DNA of 64,000 nucleotides. It comes from Octopus vulgaris. Its lineage: Eukaryota. The notes beneath the pieces are model-generated. The model was not told the DNA's origin, made no database searches, and saw only the letters and a program-made list of their open reading frames with translations. The first letter of the stretch is position 1; every line of letters starts with the position of its first letter. This document shows positions 50,791 to 64,000 of this stretch, piece by piece. Position numbers and translations under genes: made by a program. The stretch is taken from the NCBI GenBank assembly GCA_951406725.2, contig OX597816.1, positions 159,526,001-159,590,000 on the forward strand. The letters are read 5' to 3'.

Positions 50791-51304
50791 TAGTGATGAC
50801 GAAGATGATGACGATGACAATAATGAATTTATTGCATACAGTATTCAGGTGTATTACTTGTACTGAAAAAAAAAAAGAAAAAGAAAAGCAGCATTTAGTT
50901 TTGTTTATTAATATTCTTGCTTCAAATCCTCATAGGAAATGCTAGATGCTTTTTCATCTTCCCTGGGCCAAAAAAACCCCAAACAAATACCAGTCATGTT
51001 ACTGCTTCATTCACCAACATTTTAGTCGCCTATACATGCATGTGAGATAGCAATATGAGGCATCAAGTACTGTATGCTAGTGTCTGTGTGTGTAGTGTGT
51101 GTAATGTATGTGTGTATGCAAATGTAACTCAATGAAAGCAGCAGAATGAAGAAACAAAAATATATTTAGTGACATCACAGTAGTTTGTGGTGACATCAAT
51201 ATAATTTGTAGTGATATCGTTGAAGTGTGTGCTGACATCATAAGCTGATATAATCAGAGGAAGCTTTAATCTTCTTAAGCTACACACTTCTAACAACCAA
51301 AATG

Positions 51305-51705
51305 TTTGTACACACACACACACACACACACCCAGATATGCATATATGTATGTATGTATGTATATTTATATATATGTGTGTATGTGCATGCATACATACA
51401 TTTATTCAAACATACATGCATACACACATGCAGTCATACATGCATACATACATACATACATACATATGTACATACATACATTCATAGAATTTTGGCATAC
51501 GTAATACTACTTGTAAACATGATTTTGTACACACACACACACGTTCATACACACACTCAGATACATATGCATATATATATATATTTATGTATGTCTGTAT
51601 ATTTATATATATGTATGTGCATGCATACATACATTTATTCAAACATACATGCATACACACATCCATGCATACATGCATGCATGCATACATACATACATAC
51701 ATACA

Positions 51706-51736
<31 letters not shown>

Positions 51737-51790
51737 GTACATACATATATATATACATTCATAGAATTTTGGCATACTTATTACTACTTC
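51305..51790 (+). repeat. Tandem duplication of a microsatellite-rich unit
   Basis: TTTGTACACAC...CATTTATTCAAACATACATGC...CATTCATAGAATTTTGGCATAC occurs twice. Confidence 0.85.
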
Positions 51791-52087
51791 TAAACACACA
51801 CACGCTTACACACCGACACACACACACCCACACAGACATTTATACACTCCACTCCAAGCTTCCTCGTTGTTTGACAAAGAGGATTCTGTTGTTTCACCAA
51901 CAGAGTTTTCTGTTCAATAAATAAGCACAGTGTACAAGTGACTGAGTATTCCACAGACACGTGTATCCTTAATGTGATTTTCACACAGAACCGCCATGAC
52001 GCTTAGTGAGTGGCAAGGCTGTACCTTTTGAATTACAGGTGCAAACAATTTGGCAAGAGTCAATGCAATTTTTGTTTGTAGATACAT

Positions 52088-52712
52088 AGGCACAGGTGTG
52101 GCTGTGCGGTAAGAAGCTTGCTTCCCCAGTTGCATTGCTCTGGGTTCAGTCCCACTGTGTGACACCTTAAGCAAGTGTCTTCTACTATAACTTCAGGCTA
52201 ACCAAAGCCTTGAGTGGATTTGGTAGATGGAAACTGAAAGAAGCCTGTCATGTGTATGTGCATGTGTGTGTGTGTGTGTGCATGTGCATGTGTGTATCTT
52301 TGTATATGACTTCTCCCCCTCCCACCACCACCACTTGACAACTGGTGTTGGTTTGTTTACATCAGGGGGTATCCAAAGTGGTTGATATCGACCCCTGGGT
52401 GTTGATGGGACTATTCAAGGGGGCGATAAATGCACATCTACTTAATTATTATTATAATTTATATATTTTCTTGTACATACCTGGAGGGGGGAAGGACGAG
52501 GAGTCAAGGATTCCATGAAGGGGTCGATGGTCTAAAAGGTTTGGAGACCCCTTATTTAAATCCCTGAGGCTTAGCAGTTCAGCAAAAGAGATCAAGAGAA
52601 TAAATACCAAACTTAAAAATACAGGTTCCGAGGTCAATTTATTCAACTAAAATTCCTCAAGGCAGTGCCCCAGCATGGCCACAATCTAATGAATGAAACT
52701 AGTAAAAGAAAA
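52088..52712 (+). mobile_element. SINE A interrupted by a hAT MITE (52363-52553)
   Basis: MITE TIRs CAGGGGGTATCCAAA / TTTGGAGACCCCT; degenerate TSD GTTTACAT/ATTTAAAT; the SINE resumes afterwards. Confidence 0.8.
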
Positions 52713-53018
52713 AAGGAGAAAAGATAAACACAATTTCACTCGTTAAGTATGGGCAGCTCCGAGGCTAAAGGAAACGAACTTCTTAGCCATGCTCCCATGC
52801 CTGCATCTATTCTTTTATTCTTTTACTTGTTTCAGTCATTTGACTGCGACTATGCTGGAGCACTGCCATTAGTCGAACAAATCAATCCCAGGACTTATTC
52901 TTTGTAAGCTTAGTATTTGTTCTATTGGTCGCTTGTGCCGAACCACTAAGTTACAGGGATGTAAACACACCAATGTCAGTTGTCAAGCGAGGGTGGGGGG
53001 ACAAACACAGACACAAAA

Positions 53019-53058
<40 letters not shown>

Positions 53059-54199
53059 ATACACACACCCACACACACATATCACACATATATATAAGAT
53101 AAAAGTTACTTGGAAGAGGATGCATGGTATTCAATCATATAATAATATAAATAATATATATATACAATTTGCTTTGCGGGAGCAACTGTTTTATCAAAAG
53201 CATGTATTGTTGTTAAATGCTCGAAATACGAGAGTAGAAAAACAGCCAACAACTGATGAAGGGTCGTTCTTTATGTTGTTTGTCTTGTTTTCCATTTATG
53301 TCTTTTGTTGTTCGAAAAAATAGTTCATATTCTATGTACTTGTACTTCATGTTGGACATAGGACATACATCATTTCTCTCTCGTTCCCTCTCTCTCTCTT
53401 CCTCTTTCTCTCTCCTCCTCTCTCCCTCTGTCTAAGAATCTAGCTTGCTATCTATCTATCTATCTATCTATCTTTCTGACTATGTATCTATTAATCCATC
53501 CACCCATATGTCCCTTCATTCGTCCGTCTGTCCATCCGTCCATCCATCCATCCATCCATCTGTCCATCCATCCATCTGTCCATCCATTCATCTGTCCATC
53601 CAAGCATCCATCCATCCATTCATCCACCTACTTACCTACCTACCCACCTACCAATAAAACTATGAAGGTTACTCTGATTACTATGCATAAAATGCAAAAT
53701 ATTTTATCTTTTTGTAGATTAGATAGGCATAATTTGCCCCTGCTTTTCAATCTCAGTATTTAAGCTACACTTAGTACTGCTGTAGTACACATGCTGCATA
53801 CATTCCTACAACAGCATTTTCTTTATACGATATGAAGGAAGAAGTAAATCTGCCTCCAATTTAGTCGTGTGCCTGTGCTTCGCTTATTTTTTTGTGTTTT
53901 ACTATACTACATAAATATGACCAACTGTCAAACATGAGTAATTTATGACGGCACGTGCCTGGTATATATGTATATATGAATGTATGTATGTGCATTTGTG
54001 TGTGTGTGGGTGTTTGTGTCACTTTGTCTCGACATTGTACAACAATTTTAAGTGGGTATTATTGTCATATAAGCAGTGTCTGGCAATAGGAAAATATTAC
54101 ATTACTTGGAAACATGTGCATGTTGGTGACAGGAAGTGGATCTGACTGCAGAAAAATTTGCTTCAACAAATTCTGACTGATCTATGTGAATGTTAAAAC

Positions 54200-54232
<33 letters not shown>

Positions 54233-54509
54233 AATGATATGTGTGTGTGTGTGTACATGGATGTCAGTTCTCCATGTCATTTTTAGTACCGTCTGAGTGA
54301 AAGACAATGGCATTACTTACATCTTTGGGTGAAGAAATATTCCATAGTTCAGTAGACATTTGAAGACTGGTGGAATGGAAAATACTTTGCTTGAAAAACA
54401 TAATAAAGGATGGTGTGACCATCCAACCATAAAGAATTCAAGCTCAATAAGTTTTGTCTAATCCATGCCAGGATGGGAATATAAATGTCAATACCACGCA
54501 TGTACAAAA

Positions 54510-54705
54510 GGCAATGAGCTGGCAGAATCATTAACAGGTTGGGCAAAATGTTTGGCAGCATTTTGTCTGTCTTTACATTCTGTGTTCAAATGCTGACAAG
54601 ATTAACTTTGCCTTTCATCCTTCCAGAGTTGATAAAATAAGTACCAGTTGATCACTTATCTCCTCTACAGAACTTGCTGGCCTTGTGCTAAAATTTGAAA
54701 CCGAT
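54510..54705 (+). mobile_element. SINE family B
   Basis: B consensus. Confidence 0.85.
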
Positions 54706-57623
54706 ATTATGCATATAAAAGACAAGAGAGTTGTGTTGTGTCTGTTGATACATTTGTAAAGTTCTCATTAGTTAAGGCTGGATCTACACTCAAAGATGAT
54801 GTTTGCAGAGAGCCACTGCTCATGAAATTCTGTTTGTTGTGAAGCATTTTTATAGGTTCTGACAATTCACCATATAGAGATTTTGGAAGTTTTCCAAAAG
54901 GGAAATTTTTGCTGGTTTTTGCAGAGAGCCACTGCTTATGAACTTCTGTTTGTTGTGAAGGTACATAGTTCAATGCTGTCCCCTTGAAGAGCAATTACTC
55001 CGAGAGATTGGTGGGACCAGCAAAAATTGATATTTTAAAATTTATTTTTATATATTCTGACAACTCAGCATATTGAGATTTTAGTAGTTTTTCAAAAGGG
55101 GAATCTATGCTGGTTGTAGCAATTGGTTAATAAATTTGGTCTCTGATTAAGAAATGTTGCAGGAAGTTGCTTCCGAATCTGGAATGTTTTAGTTAAACAG
55201 AGTTTACTGTTCATATCCCATTCAAATATTGCTAGGCTCTACCAATGATATTCTATGTTCTTGGAAGGTATGTTGAGCACAAAATGAATTGTGTCAGAGG
55301 TGTAGAATGTTTCCCGTGCTTTTGATTGGAATGAGTAGAGAGGTTGAAGGAAGTAATCTTTGAAAGAGTTTGCAGTTAAATCTGTATAATTCATTTTTAA
55401 CAAACTGTCAAATTGTAGGGCTGCAAACAAACCACCACCAGTTGTCAAGTGACGGAGGGGGATAAACACAAAGACACAGGAAAAACACAGGCATGTGTAA
55501 ACATACACACACAATGTGTGTGTACACAATAGGCTTCCATGCAACTTCATCAACCAAATTCTCTCACAAGGCAACTGGTTAACCCAAGGCTTCAGTAGTA
55601 GACACTTGGGATTGAGCCTGAAACCATATGGTTCAAAGCAAGCATCTTAACTTCACAGCCTTGCCTGTGCCTAATACAGATACACATATACACACACATA
55701 TACACACATTCAATTATTCAGAAACATTCTTTGAGACCAGCTTTGTAGTTTATTCTGCTTCTGACTGAATCAGGTTTTTCACCCTTTCATAACAGCAGCT
55801 GCTACTCTATTTGAACAGCGTCTTTTGATAACAAGGGTTACCATACATATATTATTCTCTTTCTATTATTGTCCAGGCCAGTTAGTTGCAAAGCAAACAT
55901 ATTTTCTCTCTTTTATTTTTGCTCGAATTAAATAGAAGAGAAATTAACCAGTTCTCTTTTGGGAGATGCGGATAATGAGAGTTAATACAATGGAAATAAT
56001 GGTAATTCAATAAGTTCTTAAATACCTCCTGCTTCCCGAAATATAGATACACTTCAATCAGTAATTCTCTAATATTGGAATGATTAGCACATAAATATTT
56101 GAAGGAGCACAATTATTTTTAGGTTGGATAAAAAGTTACAAAAGTCATTGTTTATATTCCTTGTTCTGTAATGTCAAACTGTTCATTGATTGATCTATTT
56201 ATATTTTTTTGTAGGTACCTTTTTTGTGTGTTGTTTGGTTTTGTTTTCACCCATAGCTGTAATGAGGACCTAACCAGCTATTCTGTGGGTGTTAGAGATT
56301 CATAGTTGACATTCTGTATAAAATTTTCAATCATTGCCACAGAAGTAGCGATTAAAAAGAAGTGAAAATGAAATGTCAGTTACTGAAAGTAAATATCACT
56401 TTTATTCAAGATGTCGACTATTCTAGAAATATCTCGAGGAGACAACAAGAGAACAGAAAATAGATTTGTTAATATTTGCAAGCTTCTCAATGAGAAATTG
56501 AGGTAGAATTACTTGGTAGTTGTTGAAATAGAGAAAATTTTCCTTCCTTTTTATTCTGGGTTCTTATTCTGAGAAAGATAGTTGAATCAGTCTGTCGTTT
56601 TGGAAGTTTTGAGGTTTGAATTCATCAAGGTCAACTTTATATTTTATCCGGAATCAATAACATAAGTCTTCTTTTATCTTGTATATATCAAGCAACTGCA
56701 ACTGAGAGGCATTTCACCATGTTGTACCAGGAATCTCTATTCCCTATTAGCTTTAGTAGATTCACAGTTTCCTGTGCACCTCTTCAAATGTATGACATCT
56801 GTGCTTGTTTCTCTATCATACTTTAACCTTCACCACCTATCATTAAATCACCTCTCCTCCTCTCAAACATACTCCCACTCAGTCACGAGGAACTCTTCTT
56901 TTTCCTTCCTTTACTTTGACTTGTAAGTTACTCGATGACCTCACAAGTTCTGGTGGCACAGAAAAAAAAAAACACCCAGTGGATGGTGTTAGGAAGAGCA
57001 TCCAGCCAGAGAAGCCATGCCAAAGCAAGGGCCTGATGCATCTCTGAAGCTTGTCAGACCCTATCAAACAGCTCAACCCATGTAAGCATGGAAAACTGAT
57101 GTTAAATGATTATGATGATGTATAGAAATAATATCAGTGCAGATGCGTGGTCTTCATCTTGTATTAGGGTGTAGAAAGAAGTCTCCTCAAAATATAACAA
57201 TTCAATATGGCTTGGCATCCAGCCCAATAGCAATATCCATGTTAAACTGGATATAAAGATTGTCTCTTGGTATTAATACTGCTTCCGACAGTAATAATTA
57301 CTTTTTAATAAACCTGTTGGCTATTGGCGATTAGTGCCTGAAAAGCTACTGGAATTCTAAATATCATTGGCTGTGAGACTTGGCTGGTATGCAGTTAGCT
57401 GATATCAGTAATTGAAGAGATGGAGTATGTCAAAATCCTGATCTAGCAGTTCTGGCACCAGTAACAGATGATTCTTGTATGCCAACAATATCAATACATG
57501 TGCTTTTATGCACCACACACCCATATCCAATTCCTGAATTTTGTACATAATTCTATGTACTGTACCTGCACCTTTGATGAATTGTAGTGCACCTGAGCAC
57601 TGTACACAATTATTTCATTATTA

Positions 57624-58181
57624 TTGAGTGAGAGAGCAGTGCATGCCATCAAAGTGACACTGGGGTAAAATATACAAAGCCCAGTATACTCATCATGACT
57701 ACCTGTCTGATAAGGATACACCAGGCACATGCATCACAACCATATGTGCATGGCATGGTGATCTCATATCAAGATTAACAATGCATGATCTTGCAGGTAG
57801 GGCCGAGTTAGAATTTTCTTCAGGTCAAGTAGCCCATCATGCTCAAAAGGTCCCTGAATAAGGGTTGTTTAAGGATGTTGAATAAAACACCCATGTTTCC
57901 AAGGGTGAAATTATCTAAACCCCGAAGAATTTCTCTCAACACATGGCTATGATGCTCTCCCACTACTTCTACTCATGCTCAGAGATGCACATATCGTCAG
58001 CCACTAAGGGACATGCTCAACTGGTTTAGATCAAGCAACTGACAAACAAATCTGTGGTATTGAGCAGAATATTTGCTGTAGCCCATCTTTTATACCAAGA
58101 CAAAACAATGTACATGATAACACTTCCAATCAGTTAAGATCAGAAGCCGCGAGAGCCACTGCCTGGTACTGCATTAGGGCA

Positions 58182-58190
<9 letters not shown>
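57624..58190 (-). mobile_element. Non-coding element H (about 560 bp) flanked by (AAT)n
   Basis: Inverted homologue of 58751-59301; ATT repeats at both ends. Confidence 0.85.
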
Positions 58191-58240
<50 letters not shown>

Positions 58241-58750
58241 CAAAACTATTAATTGCTAATTTAATTAGGAGTAGCGTTATTTTGGGGTTTTGTGACAAGT
58301 TCTCTTCAAATCTCAAGAATCTTTCTTACAATTCTTGCAAAATACAGAATTTCACTTTTCTGCAAGTCAACAGCACAAGTCACAATTCCAATAGGCAATC
58401 TTTATATCCAACTTAACATGGATGTTTTGTTAAATTGCCTAACACTGTGGTATTCACCTTAAGAGGACCCTTAATATGGATACGTGGTGCATAAAATTAC
58501 ACGTATTCATACTATTGGCGAATGAGAATCCTCTGCCTGATCACATGACTTCAATGTACTGTGTCTCTTTAGTGACAGATGTCCACTCACCACACATACC
58601 AGCCAAATCTCACTGCCAACAGTATATAGAATAACAGTGACTTTTCAGTCATTGATGTTGCAAATAGCCAGCAGGCTTATTAAAAAATGATTATTTGTGA
58701 CATATGCAGTATTAATATCAAAAAGCTATATTTATAATAATAATAATGAT

Positions 58751-59301
58751 AGATGCAGTACCAGGCAGTGACTCTCATGGCTTCTGATCTTAAATGATTG
58801 GAAGTGTTATCATGTACATTGTTTTGTCTTGGTATAAAAGATGGGCTACAGCAAATATTCTGCTCAATACCACAGATTTGTTTGTCAGTTGTTTGACCAT
58901 AACCAGTTGAGCATGTCCCTTAGTGGCTGACAATACGTGCATCTCTGATCATGAGCAGAAGTAGTGTGGGAGCATCATAGCCATGTGTTGAGAGGAATTC
59001 TTTGGGCTTTGAATAATTCACCTCTGGAAACATAGGTGTTTCGTTCAACATTCTTAAACAACCCTTATTTAGGGACCTTTTGAGTAGGATGGGCTACTCG
59101 ACCAGAAAAAAATTCTAACTGGGCCCCACCTGCAAGGTATTGTGCTGTTTATCTTGATATGAGATTACCATGTCGCGCACATATGGTTGTGATGCTTATG
59201 CCTAGTGTACCCTTATCAGACGTGTAGTTATGATAGATATACTGTGCTCACATATATTTTACCCCAGTGTCACTTTGATGGCATGCACTGCTCTCTCACT
59301 C
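58751..59301 (+). mobile_element. Non-coding element H (about 550 bp) flanked by (AAT)n
   Basis: (AAT)n-GATGCAGTACCAGGCAGTG...GCACTGCTCTCTCACTC-(AAT)n. Confidence 0.85.
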
Positions 59302-59333
<32 letters not shown>

Positions 59334-59649
59334 TAATAATAGCAACAACAACAGAGTACTCAAGGGTAGGTGTGGACTCTTGGAGCCTTGGCTAGTAACC
59401 CACCCAGGGATGGTGTCATAATAAAAATACTGGTGATTGCACAACCATATAAATGCTACCACTAAATGGGTGATGTCAAAATTAAATAATAAGCACAACT
59501 GCACTATCAGGAATGGAGCTGTTAACAGTGAAAGTGTTATGCATGGCAGGCAGGGACTATATGATCAAGCTCTGGCAGGTCATCATCTAGCTGTTGATCA
59601 TGACCAAAATCACAGTCAAAAGTGCAAAAGGAAAAAAATGAAATGGGTA

Positions 59650-59820
59650 AAAGATGTACAGAAAGTTTATCTCTTAGGGACAGCAAGGCTTATCAGGAAG
59701 GTTCTAGGCACTTGAAAGACTGCTGAAAACTTGTAGATACTTAAGGTTACTGGTAGCAACCCACTACCCACATAAATCCTACCATGAATAGGACCGAACC
59801 TGAGCCAAACCAAGATAATA

Positions 59821-59822
<2 letters not shown>
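59650..59822 (+). mobile_element. R4/Dong-type 3' end (second lineage)
   Basis: VQKVYLLGTARLIRKVLGT* matches the R4/Dong C-terminus LQK..LLGTARILRKVL; short UTR ending ATAATAAT. Confidence 0.7.
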
Positions 59823-59866
<44 letters not shown>

Positions 59867-60246
59867 CGATGATGATGGTTTCTCTTATTGGCCACAAGAG
59901 CCCAAAACCTGGAGCACAATATCAGAGGACGAGTTACAAAAATTGCAAAAACATGTGGGGTTAACATCGGTCAAGGGGAGATACTACCACATTAAAGAAT
60001 ATAACAGAAGATATATAATAGAAAGTAGAGAAATAAATAATAAATAAATGAATAGAATCTCCAATAGCAAGGCAGTCCAATTAGGGTAATCCGAGGTAAA
60101 CCCCAAACAAAAATCCCAGATTACTCTGCCATCTCCAAGAAAAAGTGCCCTCTTTTCTCCTGCTTAGAAAAACATATTCCGAATGATAAATAGTAATAAT
60201 TTTCCAAAGGAAGCAAGACTGATGGAAAAGAAAAAAGTGCGTGAAC

Positions 60247-60780
<534 letters not shown>

Positions 60781-60782
60781 TT

Positions 60783-61553
60783 TGCAGGTAGGTGGAAGCA
60801 AAAACCTCTGCATGGCAAATATGCGGCCGATAAGAAACAAGCTGATGCTAACCAGAAGCATACTCATCAGTGGCTACAAAGCTCCAGGCTAAAGACAAAA
60901 AGGGAAAGCTTCATCTTAGTTGCTCTGGATCAAAAGCTTATTGATCCAGAACTACCAAGCCAATGTGATGAAAATTAGAGTAGATCCAAAGTGCTGATTC
61001 TGCAACAATGAAATGGAAACAGTGACCACCTAACCTCTGGATGTGAAGTTTTAACACCAGTAAAGTATAAATCATGACATGACAAAATCAAACAATATCT
61101 ATAGTGGTTAATATGTTGGTATTCTAAAATCAAAATTGTTGACAAGTGGTATAAGTATCACCCTGAGGTTGTAAATGAGGGAGAAAATGTTACAACTCTT
61201 TGGGACTTTCCAGTACATAGAGACAGAAACATGAAAGTGAATAAATTGGATATTGTTGTAAAAAACCAAAATAGTAATGTCTGTTTATTGATTGACATGA
61301 GTATTCCTTGTGATCATAATATCTTGGCAAAAGAATTTGACAGTTCAGAAAATATAAAGATTTGCTCATTGAAATAAAGAAAAATGTGGCATCTCAAGGT
61401 GGTTACAGCACCAATGATTGTAGGAGCACTAGGAATGATAAAGGAACTGAAAATTATTTGAGGATGTTCCCTGGTTTACCATCTTTGCAAGAAGTGCAAA
61501 TGATTGTTTTAACTGGTACATCATGCATATTGAAAAAAATATTGTCACGGTGA
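60783..61553 (+). mobile_element. R4/Dong-clade non-LTR retrotransposon, zinc knuckle plus restriction-like endonuclease (pseudo)
   Basis: WKQKPLHGKY..THQWL, KC*FCNNEMETV.HLTSGC (CCHC), KYKS*HD, LWDFPVHRDR..NKLDIVV...LLIDMSIPCD, KYKDLLIEI, PMIVGALG, LTGTSCILKKIL*. Confidence 0.92.
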
Positions 61554-61589
61554 GAATGGTTACCACCCATATAAATAATTACTTATACA

Positions 61590-62060
61590 TAGTTGGAATT
61601 TACAGAAAAACCAAAGATGAAGACACATGTATAAACAACAAACAGGTGTATTAGTTTAACACTTGGGAAGGTAAGAAAGTCATTTACATTTTGAGCCTAC
61701 ACTCTTCAACAGAAAGGAACACAAGAAAATAAACTGAGAGAGAATAAAAAAAGCTTTAGTGGCTAGCAGTCAATCATGTTGGCTGACTGGACAGATTTGG
61801 TTAGACAGAAGAGCTAGGAAGAAGGGGAGATAATAAAGTATTGGTGATGCCAAAACGAAGGTGTGCGTGCATGTGTATGTGAATGTAAGTATGTACATGT
61901 GGATAGGGGCTGGTGACCTTGATGTGTGGATGTGTGTGTGTAAGTGTGTGCGTCATTAATGTGTGGGTGTGTGGATGATGGTGTGGGTGCTGGGAAGTGG
62001 TCAGTGCTAGTGTGTACAGGGTGGTGTAATGTGGTGTGGTAAACGGACTGTCTAGTGTGT
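61590..62060 (-). mobile_element. Penelope-like fragment inserted in the Dong 3'UTR
   Basis: The Dong UTR resumes near 62064. A related segment lies at about 18910-19037. Contains the hammerhead-like CTGTTGAAGAGTGTAGGCTCAAAA. Confidence 0.35.
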
Positions 62061-62139
62061 TTATTTTAATGGCCTATCAATGTATACAATCAGTTTCTTT
62101 GCCCTAAGTGTCAGGAAGACATTTGCCAAGAAATGGAAA

Positions 62140-62601
62140 CATATTTCTTTTGAGATGCTCTGTGTTACTTTCAATTAATTTTGAATATAACAAAGAATTT
62201 AGTAAAATAACTTAGTTATCATTCAGCTAGTTATGGAACATAAATTGTGACTAAGGTTTGGTGGAAGATTTTAATTCAGAACTTTTGAAAACAAGACATT
62301 TGTACTTCAGAACCAGAGGCGATTTCTGCTAGGTTGGTATCAAAAGGGTTAAGAATTATTTCTCTATTATAGATTTTAACCCTTTTGTTACCATATTTCT
62401 GTTGAGATGCTCTGACTTCTTTCAATTGATTTTAAATATAACAAAGAATTTAGTAAAATAACTCAGTTATCATTATGCTACTGTTAGGAACATAAATATG
62501 TGACTAAGATTTGGTGGAAGATTTTAATTTAAAGCTTATGAAAACAAGACATTTGTACTACAGAGCCAGAGGCAGTTTCAGCCAAGTTGGTATCGAATGG
62601 G
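62140..62601 (+). mobile_element. Two tandem TTAA-flanked piggyBac-type MITEs (family F)
   Basis: Complete copy at 62380-62601: TTAA|CCCTTTTGTTACCA...TGGTATCGAATGGG|TTAA. A 5'-truncated copy lies at 62140-62348. Confidence 0.85.
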
Positions 62602-62603
62602 TT

Positions 62604-63020
62604 AAGGTGGCAAGCAGGCAGAATTATTAACACATTCTGTCTTAACATTCTGAATTCAAATTCTGCCAGGGTTGAATTTGCCTTTCACCCTTTTTGGTGT
62701 CAGTAAAGTAAGTACCATTTGACCACTGGGGTTGATGTAATTGGTTTACCCCACCCGTAAACATTACTGGCCCTGTGCTAAAATTTGTAACCAGCATTTT
62801 CACACTATTATTTATAGTTTTATTTAAGGTGATGAGCTGGCAAGAATCATTAACATGTTGAGAAAACTGCTTAGTGGCATTTCAGTTGTCTTAACATTCT
62901 GAGTTCAAATCCCAGTGAGGTCAGCTTTGGCTTTCATCCATTCGATGTTGATAAAAACAGTACCAGTTACCAACTTCCCTTCCCCTGAAATTACTGGCTT
63001 TTTGCCAAAATTTGAAACCA
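62604..63020 (+). mobile_element. Two SINE B copies
   Basis: B consensus appears twice. Confidence 0.85.
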
Positions 63021-63351
63021 TTATTTATAATCTTATTTGCTTTGAATTAAACCATTCTAAGTAAGAATTTATCCATATCCTTTTACATTTCAAAATTCTT
63101 ATGACGTCAATAATGGATTTTAAAATTTTTACTTTCTATTTATCACTATTTACTAGATGATTTAGTGTGACAGAATTTATTTTAGCTTACGAAACATTAG
63201 GTTGCAAAACATCTCTTTACACTTCACCATTCTAAATAAAATGTCTGTTGTCTACCACAAGATTTCAGTGGTGGATGGAGTTTACAATTGACTTAAATTC
63301 TTTAACATACCGTGTGCACTAATAAATTGACCAAATTGGCAGAACCTGTAG

Positions 63352-63710
63352 AGCTTTGGACAAAATGCCAAGAAAAATGACTTCAGAAAAATGGATGCCC
63401 ACACCAAAAACACACCAAAGAATTTGTTAACGGCTGAACTAGCAGAACTTGTCAGCTATTTAATTACACCATTTGCTAAAGACAAAATTGCCAAAGTTCA
63501 AGTTATTTTCCATTTGATTATTGAACAGGATTTGGAGAAATACCAGCTTCATGTCAATGCACTTACTAACATCCAGCCTGTTACTTAAACAAGTTCAAAG
63601 AAAGTAACGGCTGCTATGATATAATCTTCAACGACATGTGTCAGCTTGCCAATATATCCCCAGTTTTGATACAGGGATATTCAAAAGGAGTTGGATTTAA
63701 TGTAGGTGAC
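63352..63710 (+). pseudogene. Kyphoscoliosis peptidase/hillarin-like transglutaminase-fold pseudogene fragment
   Basis: NDFRKMDAHTKNTPK..ELVSYLITPFAKDKIAKVQVIFHLIIEQDL, a frameshift near 63581, then YLNKFKESNGCYDIIFNDMCQLANISPVLIQGYSKGVGFNVGD. Matches the recalled KY/hillarin motifs LV..LT....DLEK.RAIFRWI and Y..LF..MC..A.I....I.GYSKG.G...GD. Confidence 0.65.
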
Positions 63711-63883
63711 TACTGGTTTTTACATTCTGAGTTTAAACCTACAAGAACCCACCTTTGCTTATCATCCTTTGAGATTCAATATAATGAATATGTAAGTCAG
63801 ATACTAGGTTGATTTAATATTCCATAAAAGCATTGCAGATGTGAATGGAATTGTAATAGAAAACTTAAACCTTCATAAGAACA

Positions 63884-64000
63884 GGTATGACTATGTGTCT
63901 ACTATACTATGTGTTTACCATACTATGTGGTTTTGAGTTCAGTTTCAGTGCATAGCACCTTGGGCAAGTGTCTTCTACTATAGCCCTGAGTCAACCAAAA
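63884..64000 (+). mobile_element. SINE A 5' part, running off the window
   Basis: CACCTTGGGCAAGTGTCTTCTACTATAGCC. Confidence 0.8.

Noticed and set aside
53185-53275. CTCGAAA ... CTGATGAAGGG motifs
   Set aside because: Order and pairing could not be arranged into a hammerhead; at most a TE remnant.

Overview
AT-rich, repeat-saturated eukaryotic genomic DNA. The SINE, LINE and microsatellite repertoire points to a coleoid cephalopod, most likely Octopus; this is inferred from recalled repeat families, not from a search. I see no intact protein-coding gene, and nearly all ORF-track entries are microsatellite or SINE artefacts. Recognisable elements are: decayed non-LTR retrotransposons of the CR1, RTE, CRE-like and R4/Dong clades; a D34D mariner pseudo-element; hAT-, Tc1- and piggyBac-type MITEs; at least three tRNA-derived SINE families in dozens of copies; a 23-nt U2 snRNA 5' fragment; and a frameshifted, CpG-decayed kyphoscoliosis-peptidase/hillarin-like transglutaminase-fold pseudogene at about 63.4-63.7 kb. 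The most interesting signals are: degenerate Penelope-type minimal hammerhead ribozyme motifs, one of them inside a tRNA-headed tandem mini-element; a 3' tail shared between a SINE and microsatellite-inserted LINE-like ends; an (AAT)n-associated Dong LINE with a possible 560-bp passenger element; several long fold-back hairpins; and two candidate + strand exons. Boundaries of decayed repeats are approximate, and no database search or folding was run.
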